Of a stretch of 64,000 bases of DNA, positions 16,325 to 29,029 are shown piece by piece. The notes beneath the pieces were generated by a model. It was not told the origin of the DNA, made no database searches, and saw nothing but the letters and a program-made list of their open reading frames with translations. Position 1 is the first letter of the stretch. Each line of letters opens with the position of its first letter. The translations under genes and the position numbers were made by a program. This stretch comes from Macrostomum lignano (taxonomy: Eukaryota): contig NIVC01001861.1 in the NCBI GenBank assembly GCA_002269645.1, forward strand, positions 1-64,000. The letters run 5' to 3'.

Positions 16325-16624
16325 GTGGCTGGCTGCCTGCACTATGTGGACCCTAACAATAATACTGAGAGCACTAATACCATTGAAGGATTTTCAGCAC
16401 ATGTGAAGGACAAATTCCAGAGGATATATGACCCATACATAGTCAGGAAGATGGCCTTTTTCATGGAAAATTCTGGCACAAAAGGGAGCTGGATGTGCAC
16501 CACACCAGCACATTCCATTGCAACAGTAGGAAAGGGAGAAAAATCTGGCATAGTATGGCGCAAGACAAAAAATGGCACAATCTGGTGCAAAACAAAACAT
16601 TTGCCAAGACAATATTTTCTATGA
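16325..16624 (+). mobile_element. Degenerate Merlin/IS1595(ISXO2)-like transposase fragment
   Basis: HYVDPNNNTESTNTIEGFSAHVKDKF resembles the FVDP...HTNTIEGxWxxxK third-catalytic-residue motif. An in-frame stop lies just upstream, so this is a remnant. Confidence 0.5.
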
Positions 16625-19600
16625 CAGAAAATTAGCATGCTATTCTTTTTACTAGCACTTTTTTGCCAGTGTATTGATGTTTTCTTAATTAATATACATT
16701 AACATTATAAGCTTTACCTATATTTTTTAAATAGAAAATTACTGATTTTTGCATTTTTTCAAAGAGTAGCAATATATTGTGTGAGCAAACATTTTTGTTA
16801 GAAGTAGTTCTTGTGCATGGCACAAGCAAATTTTTGATAGGATTTGTTCCAGTGCACAGGTTAATCAAACGTTTTTTATCAGATTTGTTCCAGCATATAC
16901 ATGCCATGATCCTGATTATGGTGTGTGAAACAATAATGCATTGTTTGAAACTTATCTAAATAAGTATCTCTAATACTATCTTTTCCTAGAGAAATCATTT
17001 GGCAAATTCATATACTGGGTTGCCTACTATTATTGATTTCTGACTAGGCCTACATTAAATTTTATTAATTTTTTTACTTTTAATATTTAGTTTTTTATAT
17101 ATTTTAATACAACAAATTAAAACTATACCAAAAAATCATTAGACATAAGTAATAAACAATAGACAATAGACAATTATAAAAGAAGTACTTTAAATATTAT
17201 TTGCTAAAAATTGAGAAAAAAGTTATTTTTTAGAGTAAAAAGTTTAAATTTTTTTCTTGTTCCATGAATATATGTTGATAGTATTGTATATAGCATATAA
17301 AGTCACTTTATTTGATCCTTTTGATCTATATATATACAAATATGCCATAGATCTAAGTCAAAAAATTTTTACTGTGTCATGTATGCTGGGATATATGCTT
17401 ATGTATGCTGAAAAAATAGCAAGTGCCCTTGTTGCATGCTACGAAATCCCAGCATATGTCTATATGCCTAACTATGAGACCTTAATTAATTTAGTAAATA
17501 CTGAAAAGCTGAAATATATTTAAAGATCTCAGCATACATGATATATCCCAGCATATATCCTATAGTCCAGATCATGCTAGATGCCCAATGTCAGGATCAT
17601 GTACCATTGTATGCTAGAAAAAAAATTGCTTCCATAGTTCATAAATGCACCAATGTATGCCAATAATTTTTTTATTGCATACAAAAATATGCCAAATACA
17701 AATTAAAACCAATATTAACAGCTTGCAAAATTTTAATATAAAAATGTGTTAAAACAGGTAAATTTTTACTAAACTACATAGAACTAGTTCCCAGTGAGCG
17801 GAGCGAACGCGCGAGGCACAAAGTGCCGAGCATGAGGAACAAACAGCCAGCCAATGCGCGAAGCGCATTGGGTGGTCTGGCTTGTGACGAATATAATAAT
17901 ATGAGACGTGTGCATCGAAAAAATGACAAGAAAAATCTCACAAAAACTGCTGTAACTTCAAAACTACAAGTGCGAATTTCACAAGTGAGGTGTCATTTTA
18001 AAGAGAAGAATCTGATCTATTTAACGAGTATAGTTTTGTATGGATTCACTGCGGAGAAAAGGAACAGGCTTCAGTTGAAATGTTTGTCTTAAGATTATGT
18101 CTTTACAAAAGTGCATTTCCTCATGCACATTAAAACTCGAGCTAAAAATGTTCGAGGGTTATAGGTGCGCCTTACTAAGATGCATAACATTATTGGGTTG
18201 TTTTTTTCAATTGTATCAAAAAGTTGGCACTTTGGTTGCAAAAAATGCAAAAATTGAAAATGTACTTTTACAGTTTTTTGCATTTTTTTCTATACTGCTA
18301 ATAGTTAAGCATACATACTATGCACCAATTGATGCGCAATTCAAAGATACACAAGTGTGGAAGTTTTCAATTCTTAAACATTTGAAATCAGAAAGTTATC
18401 GACGAAAGACTAAAAATCATGATCTCAAACTGATTTGAGGAAAAGTGCTCATTATAATTTTTGGAATATGGAAGAAACAATTCAACGCCGTCATTTAATT
18501 CCAAACTAACTGTACTTTAAGGTACTGCGATGATTTTTTTATTGAAAGAGCGAAACCTGTTTAAATATTTGAAAAAATGGAAAAAAAGTACCCTTTTTCA
18601 TAGAAATACACTCTTTTGACTGCTTAATCCGATTTCCAACAACAAAATAGTTGCTTTCCTGCTGGTGCAAACCATTATTAGGGTGAATTTTCAAAATTGC
18701 ATACTGTGCCAAAAGTAAACTGAAGCTTAATATTTATAAACATTAGAAACGGGACCACTAATGGGTATTTTACTTTGGTTACTTACTATGGACTAAACTG
18801 GCACTGGCAGAGACAGATTTGAGAGAAACTAATTGCTCCATTGTATTTGTATTTGGCTCCAGCGTTACAAATTACAATAGCTATTTCGGGGTCTAACCGG
18901 CTAAGTTATCAAAAAAGCTAGATACCAATCACCAGTTTCATCATCAGCTATACCTACCACGATTTTATAGTCACATGCAACAGTAATACCCTCCTTTAAA
19001 AGTTTTCAATATCTAAAATGATGTGTTAAATTTTATAAAATTTCATAAACAGTGAAATTTTAGCTGTTTACGTGCTGGTGGTTTGAACGTAGCTACTTTG
19101 TGCGAAAATACACTGTCATTAATACCGTACCTATTATTGTATTTATTGTATTGAAAGTTGATATGTAAATTGTACTTTTCTATTTTTTTGTCATTCGTTA
19201 TCGCACTCGGGCCGGCCTGCCTGCCTTGTGGGGTGTGGTGGCCACTTTCTCCCCCTTCTGCTAGGATCCAAAGCAAGCTTTCAAGTGTACATTTAATATT
19301 ATCGATCGATTATTTAAAACAAGCCTCTAGTGGCTGGTGTTGAGAGTGAGTGGCCTTGAGTGTACGCGAAAGCAAGAGGAAGCCCATGGGCGGACTATAT
19401 GAACCTTCCTTTAGTGGAAAGTTGGGCCTTGTGCATTGGATAGTGTACGCTACACAAGACAGAAGGTAAAGAGAAAGAGAACGACAGGCTAGCCAATAGC
19501 GATAGCATGTGCTTCTTTCTCTCCAGTCCACTATGGTAGGGGGGGGAGGGGGGTGTCAGACGGCCCAACTCTAACCCCCATACCCAAAACAGCGTACATG

Positions 19601-20047
19601 TAGAATAAGAAGGGATTGGGTCCAGATAAGTCTTCCCAAATGTACATGTATGTACAAAGACAAGCACAGACAAGAAAAATGGCTCTAAAAACCATTGTTA
19701 TTGTTACACTGTGTGTCTATTTTTATTAACTTGACTTTGACTTGTCTTTACTCTAGCATGGTCAAGGATAATTACTGTTACTTCATACCAAATTTACAAT
19801 TAATTGCATAAGATTAAGAAGGAATAATACAATCGAGGTCGAACCCATGATCACTTGACCCACCCACCCATGATCACTTCTGATTCTGACCTACATGTAT
19901 CTACTATATCCTGCCAGTTTCTCCAGTTTTATGGGTCTTGGTGTCGGTGATTCGAGCAATTCCATTACATTTTATCAGTGCAGTGCGTCTATTAATGCTT
20001 AGCTACTTGTATTTGTGTTGCAGAACTTATGCTCGTAGTTTCCCTTC

Positions 20048-20827
20048 TAGGGATGTTGACCCCGGGAGTGCTCCCCGGGGAGCTTGTCGGGGAATACTCT
20101 CCGGGGAATTTAACCGGGGACCCTAGGGAGAAAAAATATGAAAAAATGCATTTGTAACTTAATTTTTGCCATTTAAATAAGAAACTGATTCACAGAAAGC
20201 TGATTGAAACTCTGTCTATGCTCTTTTACCGCATAATTGCTTTTTTCAATGCATTACATGTATTTGAAACACAACACACGTTTGATTGTTTTTTCACTAA
20301 TAAGTCATTCAATCAAGCAAATTGCACGTAGAAAAGAAACCCGTCAGGAAAAAGAAGCCTTACTGACTAGTGACTGCTGTGTTGGTCTGCGTTGACGGCT
20401 TGACGCAGGCGCAGCGCTGCGTCATGCGTCAGGCACTGACGCATATGGGGGTGTCATACATATACTCCCTATTAGACAAGGACAAAATGGTGATTTACAT
20501 ATATATGCAAGAAATAAAATTCTGATTATAAAAACAGTCTCATTCATTAATTATCCTCTCACGAGTGTAGCTGTTTAGCATGCATTCCAACAAATGCACT
20601 TTTCCGATAAAGGTGCGCGCACGATTTCGTGATGCCACATTGTCAAATACAGTTTAAAAAAACATTGTTTAAAATTTTTACCCCTGCGCCTTGAACATGT
20701 AGTACAAAGCTTAAATCAAAGTTTAAAAAAATTCCACTTACAATCTAAGTGATCCGCCGTTTTTACTTATTTTTTCTTTTCACCGGGGTCCCCGATAAGA
20801 TAATTCCCTGGGGAATTGACATCCCTA
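20048..20827. mobile_element. Non-autonomous hAT-like element
   Basis: Inverted termini tagggatgt...acatcccta with imperfect subterminal inverted ggggacccc motifs; flanks ttcccttc / tttccttc resemble a degenerate 8 bp TSD. Confidence 0.5.
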
Positions 20828-23751
20828 ATTTCCTTCCTATAAATCATTTGACGTTAGAGACATTTTACAACTCTCGCCCTACTTTATCTATTAGGCTAAC
20901 TTTATGTATGACACGACGCAAAATATTAGGAGCATCAGCGTTAATAATGCCTTGAAAGTCTTTAAATAATCGATACAACACTAGGTATTATAAAATTCCA
21001 ACCCCAAAGCTCACTGGGGCGAAAAGACTTTGTCTTCATCAACTAGTTTATTTTACCTATTTTTGTTTTATTTTTAACTTCTTGGAAAAATTTAAATCTG
21101 TTTTTTTTGTGAAAGGCCTGGCTATTCTTTCTGATCAAAATTTAATTATTTTAACTATGTACATAGACTATGCCAAATGTAAACTGAATCATTTTTGTAT
21201 GTTAATTGTATAGATTGACTGGGACTTGGAACTTTTGGTCCCATTGCTATTTTGGGAATCTCTATACACCAAGCTATATACCAAGAGGCATGCCAGGCCT
21301 CTCTGTACCCCAAGTCGTATGCCAATAGTGTACCCTAGGTCCTTCTATATGCCAGAATCCAGAGTCGGGCTAGATATACCTTTAAACAAAAATCAAATAA
21401 TTACTAATGCATGCAGAAAAAATTAAATGCATGCCAATTCTCAAAACTATGCCTGTGTCGCAACAATAAATGACATTTTTTGAATTGCATAATAGACCCT
21501 TCTTGGCAAATTATTTAGTTATTTTTTCTGCTTTTTCTATGATATTTTTATAGGCCTATTGAAAATCAATACATGCAAAAATTGTTTAAATGTTTAATTA
21601 CAAGCTTAAAAAAACTGGAAAGCTTGAAATTTATGCCTAAAAATGAACTTTTTAACCTCTTTTCTACTTCACAATAACTCTTCTATGTGATTCTATGAAG
21701 TGCATGCCAGGTATGCACGCTTACTATATTCTTAGGAGTGAATACACACCATTTGTATATGCCTACTTTTGATATGCAAGGCCAATGCACACCCAAATTT
21801 TTGGGCATATACTATATGATCTGGAGTGTGGCATGCATCATACATGTCACCTCCTAACTATGGCCTATGGCCTATGGGACATTAGTAGTAAATATATAAA
21901 AGCAAAAAATATAAAGATTATGTGATAGGCAGTGTTATATACAAATATTTTAATTTAGTTTACCTTAACAGATCCCAGTCCTTCAGGCTTATAGCCTAGG
22001 GCCTAGGAAAAATACACTACAAAATCAAAAAAATCTTGGAAAATGCCAAATGCTGAAATGGTTTCAACTTTTTTATTCTTATAACTTAGACTGATTTTTA
22101 TGAACTAAACATTTTTTAAAACCTCTCAACAAGATCTATATGATTGACTACAAATATTCCATAGGGCCTATTTTTAAACAAAAAATCTCACTGAAGGCCC
22201 TAACATTAGTAACATTAGAGTTCTATAATATAGTAGGGTAAAGCCTAGGCCTATGCTTATAATTGAAATTCGTTCCTTACCAATATTTCAAATTGATAGA
22301 ACATGATCTAAGGTTTTAGATTATACACAGGAATACTTACTCGTACAAAATGAGGGCCGAGAGACGCGTGACTCGAGTCACCGAAGAAATTATTTACTTC
22401 GTAGATTTGGCTCCCCGCTTCAACTTGATGCTTGTTGAATAGTATTTCTTGGTTAGTGACTGGCACAGGGCGAAATGGAATTGCAAAAACAGCAAAAATG
22501 TTCTGCTTCTTAGCAAATTGCTTGCCCATGAATGAAAGCCATGATTAAAATGTTTTAAATGGGGATTTAACCCGATTAAAAACTGTTAAATTTTGAAGGG
22601 ATATGTACTGGAGTCGATTAACAATGAAGAAAAGAAAATTTGAATTTATGTTTCGTTGCATCACACATTCAATACAAGCATTAATTTATAACAAAAAATT
22701 TTCTTTTTAGTAAGATCTATGGCTAAGAAGCGGATTTCTACTAGTTGAACCTAAAATTATTAGCTGGATATTATTTATATTTAGCATTATAACTTGAAAT
22801 GACACATGGTTAGAGGAGCATCTAATATTCGAGTAACTGTAAAATCCTACAAGGTTACGGTCTTAAATTATCTATTTGTCTTCACATATTGAGGAAATTT
22901 TACAACGACGACGCTTTTAGAATTAGAAACATGCAATTCGATTCTAAGTGCATTCGGCTGTATGTGCTATAAACAGTATATATGTTTTCGTTTAGAAGAT
23001 TAGATGATTGTAGTTCGTCTGGAAAATTAGAATTCAATCATGTACTTAAAAATAAAAAAGGAATGGCACAGCTCAATTCTTTATGGTTTCATTTCATGAA
23101 TCTATTTTATCATCTCTGTTACACATAACACAGCCAGCTAAGAATGATAAAATAGACCCATCAAACCAATGATCGAGCCGATCGCCGTGCCACTTAATGG
23201 GTGATTTTTGGCAGAGCCCGCAGAGAACAGGAAATAATATGTATAACAGGATAAGAAAGTCAAAATATATCGAAAGATGAACATTGGGTCTGCCTTCATC
23301 GAAAGCAATAACATTTTTTGTGCTCAAGATATGAAAACTTTCTATCTCCGAAAGTGTACCAAAAATTGGCCTGGGACGTTCTTCTCATGCTATTTAAATG
23401 TACACGCGCTGGCCGAGAAAACATACGCAAAATGACTTGATTACATGTACATGTACATTACAAATAAACTATTAGATACAACTTCTAATGAATGAGGTCA
23501 GAGAAAGTCGCGTGTGTAAATTAATTACTTGACTAGCTGGATCAGTCCCAAAATCTGAGAGTTATATAATTGAAAATTAAAACTTCAATCATTCATAATT
23601 ATGGTGTACTCAAGTCTAGACAAAATACTTTTCAAAATTAGGGTCAAAACATGCATGGAAAAATCGAAATTTTCAGTTAGGCAAGAAATCAAGTCGGGGG
23701 CGGAGTCCGGTCCGTGTCAGAGGTCAATGGGTGCAGCGGAGCGCCTGCGGC

Positions 23752-24018
23752 CTACTTGCCGTGCAGGTGGCGGTAGATCCTGTAGGCGGCCCTGGCGTAG
23801 CGGTACACCTTCCTCCACCTGATGCGGCGGAGTCTGATGCGCCACTTCTTCTGCAGCTCGGCGGCCTTCTCGTCCGTCATCTCCTGCTCGTCCATGTCGG
23901 CCAAAGCCTCCAGCGCCGCCATTGCCTCCGCGTCCTCCTCCGACATCTCCTTGCTGCTGGGTCTGGCGACGGCCAGAGCCGCGCACAGCAGGAATCCGAG
24001 AACGAACTGCCACCTCAT
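23752..24018 (-). CDS. Secreted prepropeptide, 88 aa: signal peptide + acidic propiece + cationic Arg/Trp/Tyr-rich peptide ending in GK; candidate antimicrobial peptide precursor
   Basis: MRWQFVLGFLLCAALAVA / RPSSKEMSEEDAEAMAALEALADMDEQEMTDEKAAELQ / KK / WRIRLRRIRWRKVYRYARAAYRIYRHLH-GK*. Single exon, with a TATA-like element about 95 bp upstream. Confidence 0.85.
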   Translation of the reverse strand: MRWQFVLGFLLCAALAVARPSSKEMSEEDAEAMAALEALADMDEQEMTDEKAAELQKKWRIRLRRIRWRKVYRYARAAYRIYRHLHGK

Positions 24019-24112
24019 GCTTGCTTGGTTGAGTTGTGTTGCCTGATGAAGTTGAGAAGCTAAGAGATATCTCGTTTGCTGTTGGTTGAGTTCTGCTCTC
24101 GCAGGGGTCTCG

Positions 24113-24120
24113 TATTTATG
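24113..24120 (-). promoter_or_regulatory. TATA-like box of the peptide precursor gene
   Basis: CATAAATA on the minus strand about 95 bp upstream of the ATG at 24018. Confidence 0.45.
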
Positions 24121-24304
24121 CAGATAAACTCGGCACGTTTTTCGGCAAGTTGTTTTTTTTTGTTTTCGCAATGGCCTTCACGAGCAACTGCTTTCTTTTG
24201 AGTCTGTAGGTCAAGTGCAATAAAGTTGCTCTCCTACTTCGACTCAGTGTATAATTTTATCATTGCTTGTTCGCTTTTCAAGCATAGAGCGGCATTGACC
24301 TTAA

Positions 24305-24646
24305 TAGACGGCAACCTTCAATGCTGGGAATAGCGTCTGGTGACTGAAGACATCTGAATGAAGAAGAGAGAGGAGAGAGGGGAGAGGGGAGAGGGGAGAG
24401 GAGGGAGAGGGGAGAGGAGGTAGAGAAGAGAGGAGGGAGAGGGGAGAGGGGAGAGGGGGGAGAGGGGAGAGGGAAGAGGGGAAAGAAAAGAGAAGATTAG
24501 AGAAGAAAAGATAGAAGAGAGCTGAGAAGAGACACAAACCTTGAGCGGGCCGGATTGCTTTTGTGAAGTTTCAAAGGACCCGAGGGCCGGATAGAGAGGC
24601 TTCGCGGGCCGCATGTGGCCAGTGGGCCGGAGTTGGCTGACCCCTG
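24305..24646. mobile_element. hAT-type MITE remnant with internal GA-rich tract
   Basis: The right end gcgggccgcatgtggccagtgggccggagttggctgacccctg is typical of hAT MITE termini (CAGGGG...); the left end is only partly recognisable (ggcaacctt). Confidence 0.5.
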
Positions 24647-25675
24647 GATTAGAGGCTCAGATCTTATTACTATTGATGACAGACTGTCCATTGTCGTGTC
24701 CATCATTTGAGGTTTGCCTATTGTTTATGCTTGATCAGCGAAATTGGACTCCCTGTCCGAGGACTACAGGGATCTTCTGAATGCACTAGTCACATACGGA
24801 AAAATTCAACCTTCTGACAGAATCGTTGAATATCTCGTCGGTCTGTCTGGAGGTCCTGCGACTTGACTCCTGTTTGGAAAGGCGCAAAACAAAAATTGTT
24901 TTTTTTTTAGTTCTGAAATTTCGCGTGCCTGCGTTGCGACGACGTTGTTTAACAAGGTATCGACTTCAGAGAAAATTCAAGCACAACTAAAGCCTCTTCC
25001 TATCTCTCCAGTTTATTTTTTATAAAAGGATTTTTCCCGACTCATTGTTCCTGTCCGAGTATTATTTATCAGTTGGGAAAACCCATTTCATTTTATGATT
25101 TCACTGAGCAAAGCGTTTCGATGGTTCCCATCTTGTTGACGAATTTTGAAGCAAATTGAGGCTTTCAAATTAATTCTAATAAATTGTAAATTTAATCTTC
25201 ATTTTATTAAAAGCCAGTTAGCGGCACTCTGATAAAGCCAACTGCAGCAGTCTTGCAAATTGACTGCATTAGGGACCGTTTGATGGTAACCGCCTTGATT
25301 AAAAGTTGAATTAGTCTGCCGTCAATTTTCAATTGTTTTGGCGTTAATAAAAAAATAATTTGCAGTAGAAATCATTGATTCTTTTGTGAAGTGTGACGTT
25401 TTGTTATCCTCGATTTTTGTTAGCTCGGTTGAGATCATAAGAATTCGTCTGGGAATTTTTGCCCAAATTGGAATGACAATTAAATAAAAAGCATTTCCTA
25501 TAAACCGGTTTAGAAGGGAATGATGTTTAGTCGCTTGAATAGTTTCTGCAATAAAGAAATTCGGATCTGTCAGAAACTGAGCATGCAGTTGGTTCCTTAA
25601 TGTCAGACTGTGGCGCATTGGGAAAACCTGTTTATCAAGTTGTTATTCTGTCTGATGTAGCTATGAACTCATTGA

Positions 25676-26088
25676 TCACGGATAGCTGAACCCGAAGACC
25701 TGAATCTCGCAGATGCTGAGGCACTGGCCAAAGTCATTGATGACAGTCAGCTGGCTGCCGAATCTGCTGCAGCTGAAATTGCCGATTGCAAACGGAAACG
25801 TTTCGTTCCTTTCAACGCAGGTGACTCCGTCCAACTGGATTGAGAACACGTTTAACCTCTTTGCCTGGTTGTTGTCCAGCCGGTTATAGATGATCAAGTC
25901 CGAGACAAAGGATGCAGCAGGGAGGCTGGCTGTCCACCATTCCTGTCGATCAGACCCGCAGCCGGTGTGCATGCAGCAGTACCCGTTTTTAAAGTTTTGA
26001 TCCGTGTTGCCATCAATCGCATTGGAGCACGAGGCATTCTTGTACAGTGTGGACTGCGAGCAGTTTTGCAGCTGCAGTCGCTCCATCT
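25676..26088 (-). CDS. F-type lectin (fucolectin/FTP) domain exon
   Basis: CSQSTLY..ASCSNAIDGNTDQNF..CCMHTG..WW..L..VSDLIIYNRLDNNQAKRL..LSICEIQVFG has the H...RxD...R fucose-binding pattern. Strong acceptor ctaactttag at 26089, with an ATG 2 nt downstream (26086). Confidence 0.85.
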
Positions 26089-26743
26089 CTAAAGTTAGCA
26101 GGAAAACAGAACAACTACTAGAGGCCTGATTCGATGGATTTGGGAAGGGCGCTTTCACAAATTCCGTAAATTCTAAAAAGACTAGCATCCACTTTTATAG
26201 GCGTTTCACAAGGCCTAAAACAAACATCTTTGAAAGCAATGCTTTTAAAGTCTTGCTAAGTTGAGGGCTTGTGCAGCCACTAGTTTTGATTTTTATGAAA
26301 TACGAGTGGAACTCCTCCTTCGGAGGAGAAAGGGGAAGAACTCCCATCACCGGAATTCCATTCCCTGAAGTATCCATCAACTGAAGCAAATTCCATGTCT
26401 TGAACCCTATCTTCCAAATCGTCTCCAAATTCTTTACAAAACCTTTCAAAGACCATAGCTCAAAGACTCTCACGTCTCTCATATCTACTCTCTCCTCTCT
26501 TCGCTATTATCGTGACTCTCTCCTCTCTCTCCTCTCTCTCATCTCATCTCTACCCCTACTCCCTTATTTATTTATTTGCAGTTTTCCCATATAAGTTTCA
26601 ACGCTGACTTGCCAGTAGTCTAGGAGAAAAATTGCAACACACATACATACAGACAAACATCGCACCAGTTTTAGTATTAAGAAAGAGGCTTATAAAGTAT
26701 TGGTATTATGAAGTTAAAAGCCTATCTTTTAGTGTTTATTAGT

Positions 26744-27127
26744 CTAGGGTTTCTGAGCCCCCCCCCCATAGTACGCAGGTAGACTCACTGAGTGGCCGAC
26801 TGAAGACGGCTGTGTCCGGCTCCGAGACCGTCCAGCTGCCGAAGAACGCGTCGAATGCAAACAGCCGGCACAGCTCTCGGACGAAGGCGAAGCCGAAGCA
26901 GCCGCTTCGTTCAGTGCAGCGACTTCCGCATTCGATGGCGGAGCTGCCGCTGGTTGAGTGAAAGTGGGACGGCGCTGCTGAGCCAATAGCGCCGCTGCAG
27001 CCCGTGAGCCGTCAGGACTTGCAGCAGCAGCAGCAGCAGCATAGCTGCTAGCCAAGCTGATGTCTTCATGAGAGCGCAGGACTGCTAAGACGGAGTGGAT
27101 GCTGTGCGCTGCATCGGCAAACAAATA
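26744..27127 (-). CDS. Possible Ala/Ser-rich low-complexity exon of unknown gene
   Basis: GC-rich open frame of 128 codons after a possible acceptor (cctataag); no recognisable domain. Confidence 0.3.
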   Translation of the reverse strand, partial: YLFADAAHSIHSVLAVLRSHEDISLASSYAAAAAAASPDGSRAAAALLAQQRRPTFTQPAAAPPSNAEVAALNEAAASASPSSESCAGCLHSTRSSAAGRSRSRTQPSSVGHSVSLPAYYGGGAQKP

Positions 27128-27519
27128 CTTATAGGCAATGCCGCCACCGAAGGGGCGGGTCTCGTTTGCCCAACACTGCCGATTTGCTGGCTCCCGAGCA
27201 GTGGGGGCAGTGACAAAAATGGAAATAAAAAGCCGGTTTGATTTATTTTTGCAAGAGTTTCAAAACAGCGAACAGATTCAGAATTGGAGCAGGAAAGCTA
27301 TATTATATGTGATATATTATTTTAATAACAATCATCAAGTCATACGTTTTAAATTTCAACCATAAAAAATTATTTTATCGCCGTTGTTGATAGTTACAGT
27401 AAATAAGAAGAGTAGCAGCGAGATAGAGCTCAGTAGACACTACGAGAATTTTATGGCCTTGTATTTTGATACACTTGTAAAAGCTCTGCATTGAATCACA
27501 TCAAAAATATTCTAACTTT

Positions 27520-29010
27520 TCAAACCATGCAAAATTCTCTCAACCATCCCTCAGCCACCCCAGAACCACACCTCAAACACCCCTCAACCAACCAACCACC
27601 CCTCACAACCCCTCAACTACCCAATCACTCCTCAAACATCCCTAATCCACCCCTCAAACACCCTTTAACCACCCCTCAAAAACCCCTCAAACAACCCTCA
27701 AACACCCCTCAACCACCTCTCAACCACCCAACCACCCCTCAACCCCTCAACCGACCCTCAACCACCCAACCACCCCTCAACCCCTCAACCGACCCTCAAC
27801 CACCCAACCATCCCTCAACCACCCCTCAACCACCCAACCACCCCCTCAAAAACACCTCAACCACCCAACCAGCCCTCAAACACACCTAAACCACCACTCA
27901 AACACCCCCAACCACCCCTCAAACACCCCTCAACCACCCAACCATCCCTCAACCACCCCTCAACCACCCAACCACCCCCTCAAACACACCTCAACCACCC
28001 AACCAGCCCTCAAACACACCTAAACCACCCAACTACCCCTCAACCACCCCTCAACCACCCAACCACCCCCTCAAACACACCTCAACCACCCAACCAGCCC
28101 TCAAACACACCTAAACCACCACTCAAACACCCCCAACCACCCCTCAAACACCCCTCAACCACCCAACCATCCCTCAACCACCCCTCAACCACCCAACCAC
28201 CCCCTCAAACACACCTCAACCACCCAACCAGCCCTCAAACACACCTAAACCACCCAACTACCCCTCAACCACCCCTCAACCACCCAACCACCCCTCAACC
28301 ACCCAACCACCCCTCAACCACCCAACCACCCCCTCAAACACACCTCAACCCCACCCAACCACCCCCTCAAACACACCTCAACCACCCAACCACCCCTCAA
28401 CAACCCCTCAACCACCCAACCACCCCCTCAAACACACCTCAACCACCCAACCAGCCCTCAAACACACCTAAACCACCCAACCACCCCTCAACCACCCAAC
28501 CACCCCCTCAAACACACCTCAACCACCCAACCAGCCCTCAAACACACCTAAACCACCCAACTACCCCTCAACCACCCCTCAACCACCCAACCACCCCTCA
28601 ACCACCCAACCACCCCCTCAAACACACCTCAACCCCACCCAACCACCCCCTCAAACACACCTCAACCACCCAACCACCCCTCAACCACCCCTCAACCACC
28701 CAACCACCCCCTCAAACACACCTCAACCACCCAACCAGCCCTCAAACACACCTAAACCACCCAACCACCCCTCAACCACCCAACCACCCCCTCAAACACA
28801 CCTCAACCCCACCCAACCACCCCCTCAAACACACCTCAACCACCCAACTACCCCTCAACCACCCCTCAACCACCCAACCACCCTCTCAAACACACCTCAA
28901 CCACCCAACCAGCCCTCAAACACACCTAAACCACCCCTCAAACACCCCCAACCACCCCTCAAACACCCCTCAACCACCAAACCACCCCTCTTAACCATCC
29001 ACCCTTCAAC
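27520..29010. repeat. C/A-rich complex minisatellite (caaccacccct-like)
   Basis: About 1.5 kb nearly devoid of G on the + strand. Confidence 0.9.
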
Positions 29011-29029
29011 CAGAAAGACCAGTCAATGG

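Noticed and set aside
17775-17900. Helitron/Helentron-like end (gagcggagcgaacgcgcgag; similar hints at 26610-26700 and 36740-36850)
   Set aside because: Only a generic resemblance; boundaries cannot be defined without a repeat library
22308-22529. Exon-like segment with ag...gtaagt borders, tested as the missing FBXL4 N-terminus
   Set aside because: The translation shows no resemblance to FBXL4 or any family I know
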